Below are positions 60,642-64,000 of a DNA stretch of 64,000 nt, one piece after another; position 1 is the stretch's first letter, and each line of letters begins with the position of its first letter. The notes beneath the pieces are model-generated. The model worked only from the letters and a program-made list of their open reading frames with translations, had not been told where the DNA came from and made no database searches. The stretch lies in assembly GCA_028826165.1 (NCBI GenBank), contig JAPDFW010000008.1, positions 33,859 through 97,858 on the forward strand, given 5' to 3'. Position numbers and translations under genes: made by a program. This stretch comes from Anaeramoeba ignava BMAN (taxonomy: Eukaryota > Protista > Anaeramoebae).

Positions 60642-63600
60642 ATGATCAGAAAATATATTCAAGATATAAATGAAAGTGAAGATATTCAAACAAAAATTAA
60701 ATTTGCAAAACTTGTCTTTCAAGAAACAAGAAATACAACTGAAATAATGGATTTGAAAGGACTTTATTTAAATCTTTTTAGAGATACACTTGAAAATCAA
60801 AAAACACCTCCACAATTTGAAAAAAATTTCATTTATAAATTCAGAAGAATAAACCTTAAAATTATGGAATCTTTTACAACACATTTATACCAGAAATTAA
60901 AGAAATTAAACAAGAAAATTGATGATAAACAAATTGCGCAAATTCTTAATTTTTTGTTTTCAATATGTTTTCAAGTTATCAATCAAGATAATGAAAAAAA
61001 CTCAATTTTATCATTCAAAATAATGAAAATCATTTTCAGATTCACTCAAATCAATCCTTCAAAACACAAAGAGTTCCTGAATTTATACAAAACAATTATA
61101 AAATCGTTTTCTGATAAGAAAACATTGTCTGTTTTAATAAATCAACAAAATGACAACGAATTGACAAGAAAAGGAACTCAATCTTTTGTTATATTTAACG
61201 AGATGTCGATGTTTTTATTTTCAAGCACTTCTTCTTTAATATCAGAAAAGAACCCCAAAAACGAAATAAACAATCCACTTCTTAACAAAATACTACTTCT
61301 GCAAGTTCCCGAAAGCTCCATTTTAACAAATCCTCATTTTTATTTCCAATTTGTTAATTCACGCTCAATAATTTTCTCACTACTTTTCAAGGAATCACCA
61401 GAAAACAAAAGAACTCTTAAACCCATTATCAAACAAGCCTTTCTTTTCCTCAGAAACTCACCAACAGAATCTGTTCTTGAAAGGAAAAACGCCTTTTTGT
61501 TTCTTCAGAAATGGCTTTCTCTTGATCCTGATAGTATTCATTTGTATGTTCAAGATTTGATTGATACTTATTATTTGTTAAACAAAAGCTATGTTTTCCA
61601 TCAGCTTTTTGGCATTCGTATCAATAGAAGTCTTTATCATCTCATCCAAATCTCTTTAAATCGCATCTCAAATATATCCTTTACCAAAATTTTAAATTGG
61701 ATTGCTGATAATTTTAATACAACTAATTTCTCTATTGATTCATCTCAAATTTTCCTCTTTAAAATATATGATTTGTTTGATAAATTCTTCCTAACTATCA
61801 CTTCTGAAAATGTACAGAACTCATTAGAATCTTTATTCAAAATATTCTATTCATTATGGAATAAATTTACTAATTTAATTTTCATGACAAAAAAATTATT
61901 TTCTCTTAATCCTCCTCAAGCTAATATTTATAAAGATTCACAAAATTCAAATTATCATCAGCAAATCAATTTTGAAGAAACTCAAAAAAAATCATTTCTT
62001 ATTATAAAAAATCTTGTTCAACAACTTTTGCAAACTCTAAAATCTCTTCTTTCGTTAATGCGAAGAATTATGAAAACATTTCCTGAAAATATTAAATTTA
62101 TATCAGATAAGCCTGATTATTCTTCTTGGTTCATTTCTAATTATATAGAAGAAAATCACAACAATACTATAAATAATGATTCAAATAATAATAATAATAA
62201 TGATTCAAATAATGATAACAATAACAAAATGGAAATTGAAACATCAGAAAATATCCCTTCAAAAAATAATCACAAAATCCAAATTCATAACAACATTAAT
62301 TCAAATCCTATTATTGAATCAACATTCAAAATAAATAATTTCCACAGTGCTTTACAAGGAATTTTCCCATTTTTTATATTAGATGGTCATCTTGAATTAA
62401 CCAAAACTGGATTTTTATTAATGAATAAAATTTTCAGAAAGTCACTTAAATTCTTGATACATTTTTTTGAAGTTGAAACACATTTCAAACCTACTTCTTA
62501 CTCAAATTCTGATTGGATTTCCTCAGAAAATATTATTGAATTCATTTCTTCATTCTTTTTGGAATTTGGGAAAAAATCATTTTATATTCTCTTCAAAAAT
62601 AATTTACAATTCATTGCAGAAAATGCAGAAAAACACCCTTCATTAATTAAATTAGTCAAGATTTTCTTGGATTTCCCAAATTTTCATGTATTTTTAATCG
62701 AAATCATTTTATCATTTGTTCTTGATTCTGTTACTCAAACTAAAAATCAATCAGAAAATTTGAAGTATTCTTGCTTTCTATTTGAACAAATATTGGAAAC
62801 CAAATTCAATACAATCACATCAACAACAATTACAATTACAATTACAACAAAATCAAAATCAAAATCAAAATCAAAATCAAAAATCAAAATCAAAATCAAA
62901 ATCAAAAATCAAAATCAAAATCAAAATCAAAATCAAAAATCAAAATCAAAAATCATTTTAGTCAAAATCAAAATCAACTAATATTTTTCCAGAATTTACT
63001 AACTAATTTAATTCCCAAATTATTCATCAATCCATAAATATTCTCAAGAAAAACAAAGAATCAATTCCTCATATAAATTTACTAAGAATAACTTTCATGG
63101 CTTCAAATATATCTCCAATATTAAATTCTTCAATTTTTCAAAATTATCAACTATTTTGGAGCTTTTTCATTCTTCTTTTACTCTTTCAAGCCAAACACAA
63201 AAAGGCAATAATTCAATTTATTGTTAATATCCCATTTAATTTACCTTTTCTTCCAGAATATATTCAATTTTATATATTCTATTTAATTCATGCACTCAAT
63301 TCAAAAGAACAAGATTTTGTTCTAAAAAGCTCTTGTTAGAATTGAAAAATTATTGATAATCTTTCTCCCAATATTTCTTTCAAAAATTGGATTGCCTAAT
63401 ATTCAAAAAAAAATTTATTCTTTCAATAACAAAACATCTTAGATCTGAAAACTCAGAATTTCTTGTTCAAGTTTCAAGTATTATTGGTAAATTAGCAGGA
63501 ACCGGAAGACAGTTTATTTATAATTCTCGTGAGGAATTCCCAAATATTAAAGGAAAAAATTATAATTTAAAAAACTTTAAAGTTTCTTTCCAAATTTCTC

Positions 63601-63779
63601 ATTCAAATTCTTTAAATTTTACTTCTAATTCTTTCCAAAATATTTCATTTGATATTTCTCAATGTATCGATATTACTCTTAATATTCTTTCATCGAATTC
63701 AAAATCTCAAAACAAAAATATTCATTTAAATTTCTTGGAAATTTACTTTTTAGTTAGTTCAAATATTTTCATAAAGTAA
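60642..63779 (+). CDS. Divergent Tra1/TRRAP-like N-terminal HEAT region. Frameshifted, 3' part unresolved
   Basis: TPPQFEKN..FRRINLKI, INQDNEKNSILSFKIM, KGTQSFVIFNEM, LRNSPTESVLERK, IPFNLPFLPEY..LIHALNS and HLRSENSE..SSIIGKLAGTGRQF follow the TRRAP N-terminal motif order. Frame breaks near 62850-62990 and 63330-63390. Confidence 0.65.
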
Positions 63780-64000
63780 ATATTTCTATGAAAAGAAATT
63801 CATCGAAAATTCAATTTAATAGAGTAAAAAGTCAATAAGACTCAAATCAAAGATCAAAACATTATCTCAAAATCAAGGATAAAATAAATGGCTCATGTCT
63901 GAAGAGGAAGAGAAGTAGCCTGAAAAAGATATATATAATATAATATACCATATATATATTTTTCTTCTTTAATATGCCTACCTACCTTACTATAAGTAAA

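Noticed and set aside
1-64000. Inteins, transposases, tRNA/rRNA genes, telomeric repeats, alternative genetic code
   Set aside because: No Hint or LAGLIDADG motifs, DDE/RT domains or structured RNA genes were recognised by eye. Conserved genes translate cleanly with TAA/TGA stops. A covariance-model search would be needed to exclude small RNAs.

Overview
Extremely AT-rich, gene-dense eukaryotic nuclear DNA with GT-AG spliceosomal introns and the standard genetic code. The RCC1-BTB and ankyrin-BTB expansions, QN/EN low-complexity tracts and TCA initiator-like motifs resemble the metamonad Anaeramoeba; this assignment is inference only. About 20 protein-coding genes could be rebuilt by hand: an ankyrin-TKL kinase, a DHHC palmitoyltransferase, an MRH/ATG27-like receptor, a USP9X/24/34-like pseudo-DUB, four RCC1-BTB genes, a Rab-ankyrin-BTB-BTB fusion mostly missed by the ORF track, WASH1, a papain-family pseudopeptidase, a long coiled-coil protein, an orphan, an ankyrin-BTB gene, Nup85, a degenerate SerRS, a PAS-RGS-DUF547 protein, a bacterial-type DUF4139-like gene, eL36 with a 5.3-kb satellite intron, and a Tra1/TRRAP-like N-terminus. 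The top signal is seven predicted single-codon (3-nt, TAG|NNN|GT) micro-exons in two unrelated genes. All seven fall in the beta-hairpin loop of an ankyrin repeat, and four are consecutive. Other signals are the Rab-ANK-BTB architecture, three pseudoenzymes, G-less intronic satellites, oligo(A)-AG acceptors and a Myb/MSA-like palindrome. Several frameshifts sit in homopolymers and are probably consensus errors. All gene models are manual predictions without transcript data.
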